Source of the DNA: Pelomyxa schiedti
Taxonomy: Eukaryota > Protista > Evosea
Direction: 5' to 3'
DNA length: 64,000 nt
Assembly (NCBI GenBank): GCA_020536535.1
Contig: JAHLWZ010000053.1
Span: 34,842 to 98,841, forward strand
The position numbers and the translations under genes were made by a program. The notes beneath the pieces were generated by a model. The model had not been told where the DNA came from and ran no database searches. It was given only the letters and a program-made list of their open reading frames with translations. Shown here piece by piece: positions 11,722-24,111 of the stretch (within the stretch, counting starts at the first letter, position 1; each line of letters begins with the position of its first letter).

Positions 11722-14700
11722 ATGGAGTTCACTGTGACACCGGTACAGCTGCAGGAGCTCGTCCGCCACAAGTACGTTACGTTGCGAGATCTCTTCCTTT
11801 CGAGTGGCAGATCCTTATTTTCCCTTTTTTTTTCTTTTTTGTTTGTGTGTCTCCTTATTTTGTTACGCACTCGTGGTGTTCTTGTTGCGACTGCTTTGTT
11901 AAGGGAATATTAACAATAAAAAAAAAAAAGGAAAGTGGAGGAGTTGGTAGCCTTGGGAGGATTGGAAGGATTGGCTGAGAAGTTGGGCACCCACTTAAAG
12001 ACAGGTCTCAGCAAAGAAGAAGTCGACTCCAACTTTGCCCATCGACGCAGCGTGTGAGTATCCCCTACTTTTGGCCGAGTCCTTTCTCATTTAAGTCTCT
12101 AAATCCACCTAGATTTGGTATAAATGTGCTCCCTGAGCCAAAGCACAAAAATTTTTTCCAACTGTGGTTCGAGGCCATCAAAGATTTGACCTTAATCATT
12201 CTTATCATTGCTGCAGTAGTTTCTTTGGTCCTCGGTCTTGCAATTCCTGAAGGTTAACTATTTGTGGGCATAGCGGTATCTTAATATCACTCCAATGCAG
12301 ACCTTGGCTACCAAGATGCCTGTCTAGTCAATGTAACGTACAGTGAGGATGAAGTCATCAGTGATCAACAATCAAGTAGGAGGAAAGCATCATGTAACTT
12401 TTATAATTTATGCTGCAATCCAAACTTCCAGGTTGGATTGAAGGAGCAGCCATTCTTGCTGCAGTTCTTGTGGCGAGCACTGTCACGGCCGGGAATAACT
12501 ATTCAAAGGAGCGCCAGTTTCGTGCACTTTCTAATCAAGAAGAGCGTGACAGAACTGTCAAAGTCATACGAAAAGGGGAATTGGTAACCCTTTTTTTCTC
12601 TTTTCCCCTTCTTAATATGGCTTTGTTATTAAATGCTTCAACTTAAGGAAACTATTCCATATGCCGAGGTAAATGTTGGTGATGTTATTGCGCTTGATAC
12701 TGGTGACGAGGTTCCTGCAGATTCAGTTTATATATCTGGATTTGGTATAGACAAGCCCTACTATCCATCTCTTATTCCCTCTAGGCATGAAGGTTGACTC
12801 GAGCAAGATGACTGGAGAAACAACTGATATGAAAATAAACGCATCCCGACCATTTGTCCATCTTGGCTATAAGGTAAACTTTTTTGTGCATGGTTTTACC
12901 CTGACATTAAAACTAGCTTACTGATGGTAGTGGATACGTGTTAGCATGTGGTGTTGGACAGCACACGGAATGGGGAAAGACAATGGAATCTTTACACGAT
13001 GAGAAGCCTGACACTCCTCTTCAAGAAAACTTGGATGTGTTAGCTGGGAGTATGTTTAATAACCTTCTTCAACAACTTATGGGAATCAGCAATTGGGAAA
13101 TTTGGAATGAGTGTGGCACTGTTCGTTTTTATATTTCTTTCACTGTGGTGGCTTATTCCAGCCCTAACGTTCGTTGTGCAACTGTCCTATTACAATTGAT
13201 GCTTTTTAGATACGAATGTGAATGGGTGTACGCTGACGATTACTGTGCTCCAGCTCCCACCAATATCTCTTCATATGGTTCAGAGTACGTTTGCCCCAGC
13301 TACGACTGGTCTCAAGCTGTCGATCTTATTGATTATGTCATTATTGCCATTACTATTGTGGTGGGTACCTTCGGTTATTCGTTTATTCATAGACCTCACC
13401 ACTTTGCAGGTTGTAGCTGTCCCCGAAGGTCTCCCGCTTGCTGTCACTATTTCTCTTGCCTATTCAATGAAACAAATGTACGCTGATAAGAATTTGGTGA
13501 GGCACTTAAAAGCTTGTGAAACCATGTCTAATTGCACAAGTATTTTCTTCTCTCAAGTTTTTATCCCTTAATACTCACATGATCAGACATTTGTTCTGAT
13601 AAAACTGGAACACTCACGGAAAACTGTATGACGATTGTCCGGGTATGTTATTATTGACAAATAAAAAATTTTCATTTGTTTAATGCATTCCAGGGTTGGT
13701 TGAGTGGTAGAGACTTCCCTGAGGTACCTCCCAAGTTTGAGATACCCAAACATGTCCTGAGACTTACCACCGAAAATTGTGCTTTGAACTGTGCCTACAG
13801 TTCCAATCTTCTTCACAAGGAGGGCAAACCTGTTGTATGTTCTCTTTTTCTTTTTCCCCTCTCCAAACTCCAATTTAGGAAACTGTTGGAAATAAAACCG
13901 ATTGTGCCTTCCTCATTTTTAGTGAAGCCCTTGGGGCCAATTATCATGAAATCCGTGACCAAAATTCTGACAATATCTACCAGCGATTTACTTTCAGCTC
14001 CACAAGAAAGCGCAGTAATTGCTTAGTGTGGCTAGACCAGAGCAAAGGATTAATCAGACACTATGTGAAAGTAGGTCAAACTGAGATTAAATTACGCTCA
14101 TTGAGCACAGGGAGCTGCTGAAATAGTCCTTAGGCGGTGTGCAAGTGTTCTTGATGCTGAGGGGAACCCTGCCGAACTTTCAGACGAACTACGCGCAAAA
14201 ATCGAGGAAGAGATTCAAGGTTATGCTACAAAGGGTTTAAGACCATTATGCCTTGCCTTCCGTGACCATCTTGCTGCCGATCCATCCAAGGCTATAGAAG
14301 TTACCCCAAAGGAGGGGAGCTCTGTAAGTAGTAGACAACTTCAGTAAAGAATTTACTTGCTTCAGTCAGCAGATCAACATCAGGAAGGCGAGACTGAAAC
14401 TATTGAGGACGCTTTCTCAACGGCAGAGCCCAACGTAGTTATGGATGACACTAAAGCAGTTTATGAAACTGCTCCCGATACAAACTTAACACTGTATGCA
14501 ATTTTGGGCATTCACGACCCTCTGCGACCAGAGGTTCCTGCTGCTGTGAGGGCTTGCCAAGATGCAGGGATAACTGTGAGAATGGTAACTGGTGATAGTA
14601 TCCTTGGGAAAAAACTTCCTTTTCCATCCATGATTGCCTCTGTTTTTCCTTGACTTACTAAGATCTCCTTACTGCCGAACATATTGCTAGGGATTGCTTC

Positions 14701-16302
14701 ATTCTCAAGCCAGGAGGTTTAGCTATTGAGGGACCCGAATTTGCTAGCATGTCCAAAAAGCAACAAATTGAAATTTTGCCAAAACTTCAGGTTTTGGCTA
14801 GGTCATCCCCCACAGACAAGAAGAACCTAGTCAAACGGTACACTTTTTCCAATTCTTCTGTCTTTCTAAGCCCCGCAGCTTGATTAAACAAGGTGAAGTT
14901 GTTGCTGTGACAGGTGACGGTACAAATGACGTACAGGCATTGAAGAAGGCCGATGTTGGACTGGCCATGGGTCTTAGAGGGACGGACATTGCCAAACAGG
15001 CTGCAGGTTTTTACTCCATTTCACCATTTTCCACTAAGTAGGACAGACATCGTTATCTTGGATGACAATTTCAAGTCAATTGTGAAGTCAGTGATGTGGG
15101 GAAGAAGTGTCTATGACAACATCAGAAAATTCATCCAATTCCAGCTTACAGTCAATGTCGTTGCTCTTGCTGTTGTAGCCATTGGAGCTGTAACCCAGAA
15201 AGGAGCTTGTTTGAAAGCAATCCAGCTTCTCTGGGTGAATATGATTATGGATACAATGGCCGCCCTGGCGTTAGGTACTGAGCAACCAACAGCAGCCCTT
15301 CTCAAACGCAAACCGTGAGTGGTAGTGAAAAAGGAAATTTTCCGCACTCATCTCCCTTTAGTTTTGGGCGCTACGACCGACTTATTTCCAATTATATGAT
15401 ACGAAATATCGCTGTTCATGCAACCTATCAGGTAGGGTCTATGTTAAATACTTCGATTTTTCTGATGTACTGTTTGAAAATAGTTAGCTGTGCTACTTAC
15501 TCTTCTTTATGCCGGACGGTTCTTCCCTTGGCTGAGTGTGGATTGCGCCTACACTGATGTAAATGATCCTTTGAGCACGACTCTTACTTCAACCTGCTGT
15601 TTGGGTAATCTCACTATTGTCCTCATATCATACCGATCCAAAACCAAGAAAACTCTGAGGGAGTCGTCTACCCTTCGGATACATATTGCCCTGATGGGGA
15701 GCACCGTGCTTTTGACTCCGAGATTAACGAGCAAACTGTGGTACTGCAGACAGTGATATTCAACACCTTCGTGTTTTGTCAAGTCTTCAATGAAGTAAAC
15801 TCCCGTAAAGTCAACAATGGTGTGTTTTGCTTTGAGATGTGAGTTCTGTTAATGCCTCCCCCAGAGTGGAACGTATGGGAAAAAATTTGGACCAACTGGA
15901 TGTTCCTACTCATTGTAGGTATTACAGTGGTAATCCAGACACTTATCATTGTATTTGCTGGAGACTGGATGAGTGTAGCACCTTATCCAGGACTGAATCT
16001 TGCACAATGGGTCACTTGTCTCGTGCTTGCAGTTATTACAGTACCTCTAGGTAGGTCGCCACCTTAGATACTTCATTGGACTTGAATCAACACTAATCCT
16101 ACAAATAAAAAAAGGGCTGTTGTGCACACAAATACCGGTACCTGCCTATGAACCCAAAAAGTTCAAAGAAGATGACGGTCCCAGCATCTGGGAAAAATGC
16201 AAGGCAAAACTCGGTTTCACTACACCAGAGTCCCAAGTACTTCTGCCACACAAAGACAATGACAAAGAGAAAGAGAAAGAGAAGTCGGCAGAGGAACCCT
16301 AA
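11722..16302 (+). CDS. P-type IIB Ca2+-ATPase (PMCA-type)
   Basis: [103 protein letters not shown]. Confidence 0.96.
14598..14662 (+). other. Candidate U12-type (minor spliceosome) GT-AG intron
   Basis: 5' end GTATCCTT and TTCCTTGAC (14646-14654) just before the AG. Removing the intron restores the conserved MVTGDN motif. Confidence 0.6.
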
Positions 16303-16447
16303 AAAAAAAACAAAGAATTGGCACCCTGGGCACAACTAGAATTTTGAAAGCAGTGGTTGGCGCCACTGTGCTTTCTAATACTTGTTTTTCTTTCTAAATT
16401 TCTTTCCTTTACTTTTCATAAAAAAAAACCCTCGAACGCAAAGTAAA

Positions 16448-18019
16448 ATGGACAGTGGGGCGGCGGCAGTTCCCGAAGAAGCGACAACAGTGGCGGAATC
16501 TACGACACAAAAGAACGTGGAATCTCCCTCACCCATGACTACGTCATCGACAGAGGAAGTACCGGCCAAGGCAGATCCAGAAACTCCAGAGACGGCAGCA
16601 ACGGCGTCCACTATAACTTCAACGCCTGCTACAGTGGTGATCTCGGGACCTACGCCGGTCGTTGGAGGAGCGAAGAAGAAGAAGAGGGATTGGACGAGCG
16701 ATGACTGGCCAGATGTGACGCCGTTGCCTATTTCGGATCCCAATGTACTGAGTCCTGTTTGTCCCATTGCTTACAATGCGAGATGTGAGTACCTCCCGCT
16801 GCACAAGTGCCTCCATGTGAACTAAGTTGTCCTTTCCCTTATGGTTGAATATTAGTTAAAGAGGTGATGGGCTATTTCCGGGCTGCACTTGCAGTGGACG
16901 AGAGAAGCCCTCGTGCTCTTACTCTTACCGCGGAAGTAATAGACTTGAATGCTGCCAATTACACTGCGTGGTGAGTAAAATTGTACCCAAAGCAAGCCAT
17001 TTTGATGTTTTAAATGTCGTGCCACGCAGGTACTATAGACGAAAATTGCTCGAGTCTCTGGGAACTGACTTACACACAGAACTGGCCTTCATATCCAAAA
17101 TTGCCGATGGGAACCCTAAAAACTATCAACTGTGGTGAGGCATTAAACTACATTGAACTCCTGGTTCCTGACTTAACAAACTCAGGTACCATAGGCAAAC
17201 AATTGTTGAAAAACTTAACGACCCTTCCGGGGAATTTAAGTTTGTTGAGAAATTACTTGTTGAAGATGGAAAGAACTATCATGCGTGGGCTCATAGGTTT
17301 CCCAGAGTGAGGAGGAAAATAAAACTAACAGGTGCACTTCTCTCACAGGCAATGGGTTTGTGAGAAGTACAACATGTGGAATGGTGAACTTGAGTATATT
17401 GATGTACTCCTCAAATTTGATCCCCGCAACAACTCGGCCTGGAACCATAGATACTTTGTGGTGACAAAAAATGGGCAACCCATAACACCCCAGGTCATTG
17501 AACGCGAAATTGATTTTGCCATTCGCCACATAAATCGGGCACCAAACAATCAAAGTCCGTGGAATTACTTGAAAGGGTGTGTTCCCATCCTTCCTTCCAC
17601 CTCATGTTAATTCCCTCTAAGAGTTGTCCGACTCGGAGGTGGCTATCAGCATTTTCCCAAAATAAAAGAATATTGCCAATCTATGTCGCAAAAGTTTCCG
17701 GCATGTGCTCACTGCCTCTCTATTCTTGTGGACGTTTTGCAGGAGGAAGGAACTTCAAGTTTACCACTAGCCCACGAGGTTTGTTGTTCTCCTCCCTTGC
17801 CCTTCCCTCACCTCTTCAGACTCTTGTTAAACTTCGTGATTCCGTGGACACAGCACACAGTCGGTACTGGGAATACAGAATCCAACAACAGAAATTACAG
17901 CACCCTTCAGGTTACAATACACAAAAAAAAATTGTACAACTTACGTTGCCACAGAAGTCACTACAGAATTACCACCTTCCACAGTCACTGAAACCACCAC
18001 AACCAAAGGTGACTTGTAA
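16448..18019 (+). CDS. FNTA: Protein farnesyltransferase/GGTase-I alpha subunit
   Basis: [88 protein letters not shown] (PFTA repeats). Confidence 0.93.
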
Positions 18020-18067
18020 TCAAAAAGCAAACACATTCAGCTCGAGGGGTTTTTTTTTTTTGTTTTG

Positions 18068-21000
18068 TTAAAGTAGTCTAACTTGCGTAACTGGAATTCT
18101 ATCCAAGGGGCATACAAATTGATTGCCATGAGAGTTGTCAATCACTGTCTGTACACAACCCTAGCAGAAGAGTTGAAGAAAAAAACCAAGAAAGAGACTT
18201 GATACCTTGCACAAACACACGTGGTGGCAGGCTGAGGTCAAATTAGAATTCAGTGAATTGAAAGAATAAGGAAGCATACGGAGAAGCATGGAGTCTGGTT
18301 TGTTTGTCCTACATAAGTGACACACCTAATTGTGGTTTAAAATGGATGATGTGGTGTAAGGTGTATGAAGAGGTTGTGGGTTGATACCTGCAGTGGAGGT
18401 GGTACCACAGGATACACCTGGTATACTTGATATTGTTGTGGTTGAGGCATATTAGGAAACTGGAATGCATTGGCAGGGACTTGAAAGGCAGCAGGGACTG
18501 CCTGCCGCAGCGGGGTCTGTTGTGTTGTTGGGTGCACTTCTGTTGGCGGCAAAGGTGTCTGAAGTGGGGGAAGTTGTGGTAGTGCAAGGGGAATGCTGGG
18601 GAGAGGTGATACTTGTGGTTGGGGGTCCTGGTGCGGAGCGGGAGGAATCTGAACCTGAATTGGTTGTTCGGGAGTTGGAATTGTAGTGTTTTGATCAGAA
18701 GGGGGTGGATTTGGAGGTGGGTTTATCGACTGGAAGAGTTTTTCTGCTGCTAACTCAGGTGGGATACTGATTTAATCGACATTGGGCAACTTAGAAGTAG
18801 CAGGGAATACATACATTGCTGTGGATCTTAAAGTGGTAAACGATCTATGCGCACCTTCGACAAATTAGCGAAGTTGAAAGTTGAAAGTGTACGGAGCTCA
18901 CTTCCTGGGGTAACGGGGGTAAGGGGTTTAGGGGGAGCATTTCTTGTCGGTGTTGAGGGGCATGGGGCGGGCGAGGTGAGTTTTGCATTTCTCACTAGTA
19001 TTTGCTGTATGTCAAAAGCTGTTTCCATCAGTTCCTAATTCCCGAAGTATTAGAGCGAGAGTCCTAGACACTCTAAGTTGCCAACCTGAGAATTTTGTGG
19101 ATTTGTCGCCAGTTCTTTGCTTACATCCATTGCCGGTACCGGAAGCACAGTGACCAGTCGATTTCTGGGGAAAAAAAAAAACCCGAAGTTGGAATAGTAT
19201 TAAACGGCGAGCTCCAATTGTACACATACTGTCTCAGGGATGTACTTATCATCTTCATACCAGCAATAGTTATATTATTGTCATCCAGAAAAAGTTCAGC
19301 AATTTTGGGATGCAACTGAAGGATCTTTCCTACGAGGGCAGCTGCAATGTCACCCGATTGATGACCACTGAATGAAAGTTTGGAATGTTAGTATTCATAA
19401 CTTCTAAATAACCTGATATTAAGACTAGTCAAACGGGGGTTACTTAAGACAGCAAATAGTATGGTAACCAGATCTTGTCGGAAAGGTGCCCTGGTATTGG
19501 CAGCCATATGAAGACATTCAATGGGACACTCTGATCCAAGAAGGGTGACCAGACTTTCTACAGGCTTCCTATACTTTGCCCTGGGATTGTTGAATGTCAA
19601 ATTAACATGAGTGGAATAAGTAGTACTTTGGCCTTAAAAAGCTCCTGTTGATGTTGAAATTCTTTAGAGTTCGACTTTTCGACAACTGCGAGCAGACAAT
19701 GGAGAAAGACTCCCAGCTCATTATGGAATCACTTAGATCCAGGGATTCTAGAGACATAAGAGCATTTTGCTCGTTTATTGTCTGCAGTGGATAACAGAAA
19801 TCGGTCAACGTGTAGGAGTTTGTGGAAATCACACTCGAAATAGGGGTGTAGGAAGTTTGGAATCAGATAAGTGTAAATTTCTCAAGCGTTTCATTTTCTT
19901 TTCTATAAGAACAATCAAATGGTTCCTTTCACCCTCGTTCAGGCTGGAAAATCCAAGGTCTAGTTCTCTTTGCCAAATAAGCAAAGGAAACCCAGTTGAG
20001 ATTCACATAGCATACGTTATTGTGGGGGAATCAAGAAATGCTTCAAAAGCTGGAGAAGTGCCTTTCATTTTTAGAGTGTTAAGCTGAGATCCAGTTGCCG
20101 TCAAAATCGTGTTCAGTGATACAGACGCTACATTACACTCAGTGAGTGAATAAGTAATGCTATCAACCTTCTTTTGTGATCCTGTTTGGATGTAAGTGGT
20201 TGCAGATAAGAGAAAGTGGAGAAACTTATTTCCAGAGATGTCTAATTTCGTCAAGGTATTGACGTGGTGTGCCAACTGGATGATAGTTGATAACGATTAT
20301 TATTCAGTGTTCATACAGCTTCAAGCAATTGATGTGTGCCAGACTTTGTGGCCCCACAATTGTGAACATTCAATTCCACTAGGCAATGAGGGTGCTTCTT
20401 TAGCAATGCTGCAAGTAATACAAAGCCTTTGTCCTGCTTTATTAGCTCCATTGTGGGAAAAAAATCTAACTTCAATAGGATTTTCACTAAAATCTAGGAA
20501 GTGCAGAGAGCTGGCATCATTTGCAGTAATTGCTTCTATCAGTGGTGCCAATGAAAAATTATCTAGTCCACAATGGCTGAGTGTGAGTCTGGTAAGAGTT
20601 GAATTGTGCCTAGTTGACATTAGTTAGACAGGGGATAACAATCTAGACGCTTTCTAACTTGAGCACAAGGGAGAGGGGAATGACTAAATCTCGATGCAGA
20701 AGATAGCCAGTTAGGCTAAAGGATGTAAAGTGATTATTATAAACAAGACTGGTAAGAACTGGCTGCCAGTACAGTCAGATGACTCAATGGTGGAGGAAAA
20801 AAGGAAAAAACCTTCAGTTCTAGTTTGACTGAACCAGTTGCTTTTTTGTTTTTGTCTTAGTTCATATCAAGAAAAAATGGAGAATACCAGCATTTAAAAA
20901 AGGAGTTAAGTTAAAATCACTGAGATCACTGCAGTACACAGAGCAGAGGAATTGGTTTGGGACTGATTTCATGTATTGGCACATTGTAGTATAGGTAGTG

Positions 21001-21767
21001 ACAAAGCCGCCACACCCATCCACCTCAGGCAAGTCAACTGAACTTATTTACAAAGAGAAGCTAGTGGTGCAGTGTACCTGAAGCAAAGATGGTTTGTTTT
21101 CTGCAATACAAGTTAAAAAAAAAACAAATAAAAGGAGTTTAAGCTACCTTGACTCTGGTAGAACGTTAAACTTATAGTAGAAAACTGTTGAGTTTGGAAA
21201 TTGTTGTTGGAACATGCTGTAGCTCACTGCAATAATATCTTCGACTTTAGTTGTATCCTGAATATTAAAGGCAATGGAAAAAGAAGCAAAGTCCAGTCCT
21301 ATCTAAAAAAACAAAACATCAACCCAATAAATAAAAATAGTTACTGGTTACCTCATGTTCGTTGAGACTTGTAACAGTTCTTATATCCAAAAAATGAGAA
21401 CAATTAATGATCTATCCAAGTAAACAAGACATTACTCCAAGAATAATTTTGTTGGTTAAAAACAGCCATGCCTTGAAATTATGGGAGAGCACAAAGAACT
21501 TGCACTCGGTTGCCACGAGATACCTGATCACAGACTTCGATTTTGGTTTGGTCGTCTCAATTCTCAGTGCCAAGTTGATATTCACTTTGGTTCCCTCGTG
21601 TTTTTCAACAACAATTTCCATCGACCCTGGTACATTACGGAGGGAGAAAAAAAAGAGTCACGTAACGATCCCAGTAACACTACAATACAACTGTCGCTCC
21701 CATAATGAAAGAGTGTCATACGGTAGTCCGGTGGGGAAGCATCAGAAACAACCGAAGGCTCTGCCAT
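18068..21767 (-). CDS. CARMIL-like protein (PH-like + LRR) with Pro-rich tail and C-terminal RING (C3HC3D)
   Basis: IRYLVATECKFFVL and HFLDI (CARMIL PH), CGGFVTTY..MC linker, LRRs (LTRLTLSHCGL, LTKLDISGN, LESLDLSD). C-terminus CHLC..PCHHVCLCKGC..CPLD. Confidence 0.75.
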
Positions 21768-21972
21768 CACAACGGTTTATCAATGATAACGCACAAAGAA
21801 GAATGGGAAGAATTCCTTCCCTTCGGTGAAGACAGAAACACACTGTTGAGTTGAGCTTTGGCTCAAAATTTTTTGGATTTTTGTGACTGGTCAAACTGCA
21901 GCATTTTTTTGTTTTTTGAAACCCCACACAAAGACAACACTGTGTTGGTGCACATAGGAGCCGAGGACTGGA

Positions 21973-23718
21973 TTAAAGTCCTCCCCTGGGCTGTGGTTGT
22001 TGTACGGGGAAGGCAGCAGCACGTGGAGGATAGGCCATGCGTGGCATGCCCCTGTTGGGATTCACCATGGTGGCTCCCTGAGGGAATCCTCCCCTTCTGT
22101 TCTGGTTGTTGAGCCCAAGTGCTGCCGGTGTGGCCTTTTGAAGCTTGTCCTCCAACTTTTTGTTGTAGTTGGCAATAGCAATGGCAGCAGCTACGGCATC
22201 AGCGGCTGCTGTCCCTGGTGGGGGTGCGGTAGCTGCGCTGAGGTCGGCAACGACTTTAGCGTGAAGAGCGACGTTGGGGGATCCAGGGGTGCCTGTGGCG
22301 TCTTTGCGGATTGGTTTGCCATTCCTGTCGGTTGGTGCTTTTGGCTTCTCACTATGAGGAGTGGGTAAGCAACAATAGGAACCTTCTATTTGGTACAAAC
22401 TTTTTCTTGATGGTCCTAGCAACTGGGGCTGGTCTGCTGCGTGCAACGAGTTCAGCAGCACTCAATTTTTCTTGAGGAAGATAAGGGACAAATCATAGTG
22501 GGAAGGCACGTTACCTTTAGTGGCTGGGGCAGTCGTGGTTGTGACTGGTGTTGGTACCTGGGCTGGGGTCTGAACGGGGGTTGCAACTACTGGAACTGTA
22601 GGAGGAGCAACGACCGGGGTAATTGGAGTTGCAGGAACAACGGGTGCTGGGGCTGGGGTTGCTGGTGTAGTAACGACGGGAGTTGGAGCTGGTGCCTGAA
22701 TTTGAGTTGGTGTTTGTGTGGGGGGGAGAGTGGGTTGCTTGACTTCAGGTGCAGGAGCGGGTTTCTCCTCGACGTGAGGCTTAGGTGCTGCCACAGCTGG
22801 AGCAGCCACCTGAGAGGCGGGAGTTTCCACTTTACCCTTTGAGAAGTGAGATTACTGCCCAGACAGGAAACAAAAAAAGAATTGCAAGGGTACCAGGAGT
22901 TCCTTAGACTGGAACAGAACGTTAACTGTGTGTGCAATGCGATCGTCTGTATTTCTGTGAGTAGAAGTAAAGAAGGAATGGGGAATTGACTTTTAGTGGT
23001 GCACATCTGGGTCAGGGCTTTCTGGGATTCGGCAAGTTTCTCCTCAGCAGTGCGGGGAATGGCATTCTTTGACAGCAATCCAGCAACAAAGTGCCTAAGA
23101 GCCTCAACATCACTTTCCTTAAGGGTCCCAGGAAGAGTGGTGAGATTGCGGGACAGGGACTCAACAAGAAGAAGCTTCAAGAGGAAAACTTCGTGGTGTT
23201 TTTTCTGGTCATTTTCCTGGAAAAGAGAATTTGAGAAAATTAGGTCCAAGAAAGATATTACAAAGTGGTACCTTGTGGTAAGCCTTCAAAACCTGGTCCC
23301 TGACGCGCTCCAAGGTTGAAGCTGTCATCTCAAGAGAGTCCTTGGATGCCACAAGGGTGCGCTCCTCTGTGCTGAGAGCACTCAAAGCCTTCCCCTCCTT
23401 GCGCATCTTCTCCTCTAGACCAACAATGCGTCCCAAACTCCCACGAACGGAGCGAATCTCCTTGGAAACAAGCTGGACGTAGAGGTTGCCAAAAACATCT
23501 TCGTTTTCCAACTCGAAATCGGGCTCTTTGTGTGCTGCAGCTGTTGAAGCTGGTGCTGCCGCGGATTTTGCAACTGGGGCTGGTTGTGTTGCCGCGGTTT
23601 GGGCTGGGGCGACGGCGGGAGTCGAAGTTGCGGGAGTGGCGTTGCTCGCGGGAACATTTTTTTTTGTGATGTTGACGGAGGGCTTTTTGGCGGGCTGTTT
23701 GGTAGTTTGTTGCTGCAT
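21973..23718 (-). CDS. Hypothetical low-complexity protein, possibly Caprin-like (helical N-domain, Pro/Ala/Thr linker, RGG tail)
   Basis: LVSKEIRSVRGSLGRIVGLEEKMRKEGKALSALSTEERTLVASK resembles the Caprin HR1 pattern, and the tail has NRRGGF/RGG. Exons are joined by short GT-AG introns. The family call is weak. Confidence 0.5.
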
Positions 23719-24111
23719 TTTTTAAGTGTCGCTTTTCCGGTGGGGTAAAATCGAAAGGAGAGATCCCTTTGACTTTTTGGTTTTTTTTTGTTGTTGTGGA
23801 GTTTCTTTTTTGAACTCTCTGCCAACGCGAACGCAGAGATGCACGGCCTGTGGTTGTTTTTACACAAACTGAAAAAAAAGGCGTCTGTAAAAGGAGGGAG
23901 GGAAAAAAAAATCCTACTGTGAGGTCAATCCACAATTGCATAGGTCAAAGCTAACCAAAATGCCAAGCCAACCACAGAACCAGGTTGGTGCGCCCTTTCG
24001 CTGAGACTCGTGTCCCACGGGGGTCACCAATCCCCTGCCTGGAAATTAAGCTGTCAACTTCAGCCATCACAGACCATAAAAAAATAAAAAACCCCACGGC
24101 CACACCCACAC

